Source of the DNA: an uncultured Chloroflexia bacterium
GTDB taxonomy: Bacteria; Chloroflexota; Dehalococcoidia; DSTF01; JALHUB01
DNA length: 64,000 bases
Reading direction: 5' to 3'
NCBI GenBank assembly: GCA_963726245.1
Contig: CAVSBT010000017.1
Span: forward strand, 1 to 64,000
A program made the translations under genes and the position numbers. The notes beneath the pieces were generated by a model. The model worked only from the letters and a program-made list of their open reading frames with translations. It did not search any database and had not been told where the DNA came from. This document shows, one piece after another, positions 63,042 through 64,000 of this stretch (position 1 is the stretch's first letter; each line of letters starts with the position of its first letter).

Positions 63042-63837
63042 TCAGAGCCCGATGAGCTTGTCGAGGCCGCGCACCAGCTCGCTGCGGTTCATGACCTCCC
63101 GGACGGCCAGGAGGACGCCCGGGATGAAGGACTCGCGGCCCGTGGAGTCGTGCCGGAGGGAGAGGGTCTGGCCCCTGGCCGCCGAAGATCACCTCCTGGT
63201 GGGCCACCAGCCCCGGCAGCCGCACGCTGTGGATGCTGATGCCGTCCAGGGAGCCGCCGCGGGTGCCGGGCAGCGTCTCCTTCTGGGGCACGTTCTGCTC
63301 GAAGGGGCGGCCGCGGGCGGCCAGCATCTCGCGGGCGGTCGTCAGGGCCGTGCCGGAGGGAGCGTCCACCTTCTGCTCGTGGTGGAGCTCTATCACCTCG
63401 GCGTAGTCGAAGTGGCGGGCGGCGATGCCGGCCAGGTGGATGAGGAGCACGGCGCCGATGGCGAAGTTGGGGGCGAGCACCGCGCCCAGGCCCTTCTGCT
63501 TGCAGGTCGCCTCCAGCTCGCGCACGAAGTCGTCGGGGAGGCCGGTGGTGCCGATGACCAGTCGCGCCCCCGCCTCCAGGGCGGCGCGGGCCACCGACGG
63601 CGCCCACTCCGCGTTCGTGAAGTCGACGACTACGTCGGGCCGGCAGCGGGCGAAGAGCGTCTGCGGATCGCGGTCCAGGGGGATCAGCCCCGATGCGTCC
63701 GGCAGGGAGGCGAACTCCTCCGCCGAGAACTTCTCAAGCAGGCCAACGGGCTCCAGGTCCGGCTCGCGGCAGAGGGCGGCCAGGACCTCCCGGCCCATCT
63801 TGCCCGAGCCGCTGACCACAACGCGAATGGAGGACAT
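63042..63837 (-). CDS. dapB: 4-hydroxy-tetrahydrodipicolinate reductase (frameshift near 63172)
   Basis: VVDFT, GTTG, APNFAIG, ELHHEQKVDAPSGTA, IHSVRLPGLVAHQEV, then LRHDS..F.PGV in the shifted frame. Confidence 0.93.
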
Positions 63838-63936
63838 GGCAGCCCCCTCCCTCAGATGATAGCGGCATTATAGTCGCTGCGCCTTAGGAGAAGAAGGGTC
63901 CGCTTGGGGTGATCAGCTATGGATGGGCACCGCGAC

Positions 63937-63996
63937 CCCAACCTGGAAGGTTGGGGCATCAGACCCAGACGTAAGGACGAAGCTTTAGCTTCGTCC
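63937..63996. repeat. REP-like palindromes
   Basis: ccccaacctggaaggttgggg and gtaaggacgaagctttagcttcgtcc. Confidence 0.6.
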
Positions 63997-64000
63997 GAGA

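Overview
GC-rich bacterial chromosome segment. Gene content and order (DUF6391 protein, holB-ricT, tRNA-Thr/Tyr/Thr-tuf-rpmG-secE-nusG-rplKAJL without rpoBC, small CxxC-CxxC peptide) suggest a Chloroflexota/Dehalococcoidia-like organism; this is an inference. Many genes, including essential ones (valS, folC, fabF, purH, dapB), carry single-base frameshifts, which points to an unpolished long-read assembly rather than real pseudogenes. Most of the window is housekeeping: translation, purine, lysine, folate and fatty-acid synthesis, five tRNAs, larB/larC/larA-like genes and two tandem GAF-GGDEF cyclases. Accessory-looking parts are a cyclic beta-1,2-glucan synthase beside tRNA-Arg(TCT), a heavily frameshifted Type ISP-like/IIG restriction-modification gene downstream of valS, and a compact four-gene nurA-herA-mre11(sbcD)-rad50(sbcC) operon with a LexA-like box at its promoter. 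That operon is the most striking system here. Smaller signals include 21-nt in-frame palindromic insertions in sbcD, a probable 6S RNA inside the pur operon, a rare tRNA-Arg(TCG), a 36-aa highly acidic peptide with its own operator-bearing promoter, and several REP-like palindrome families. No database searches were run; all calls come from motif recognition.
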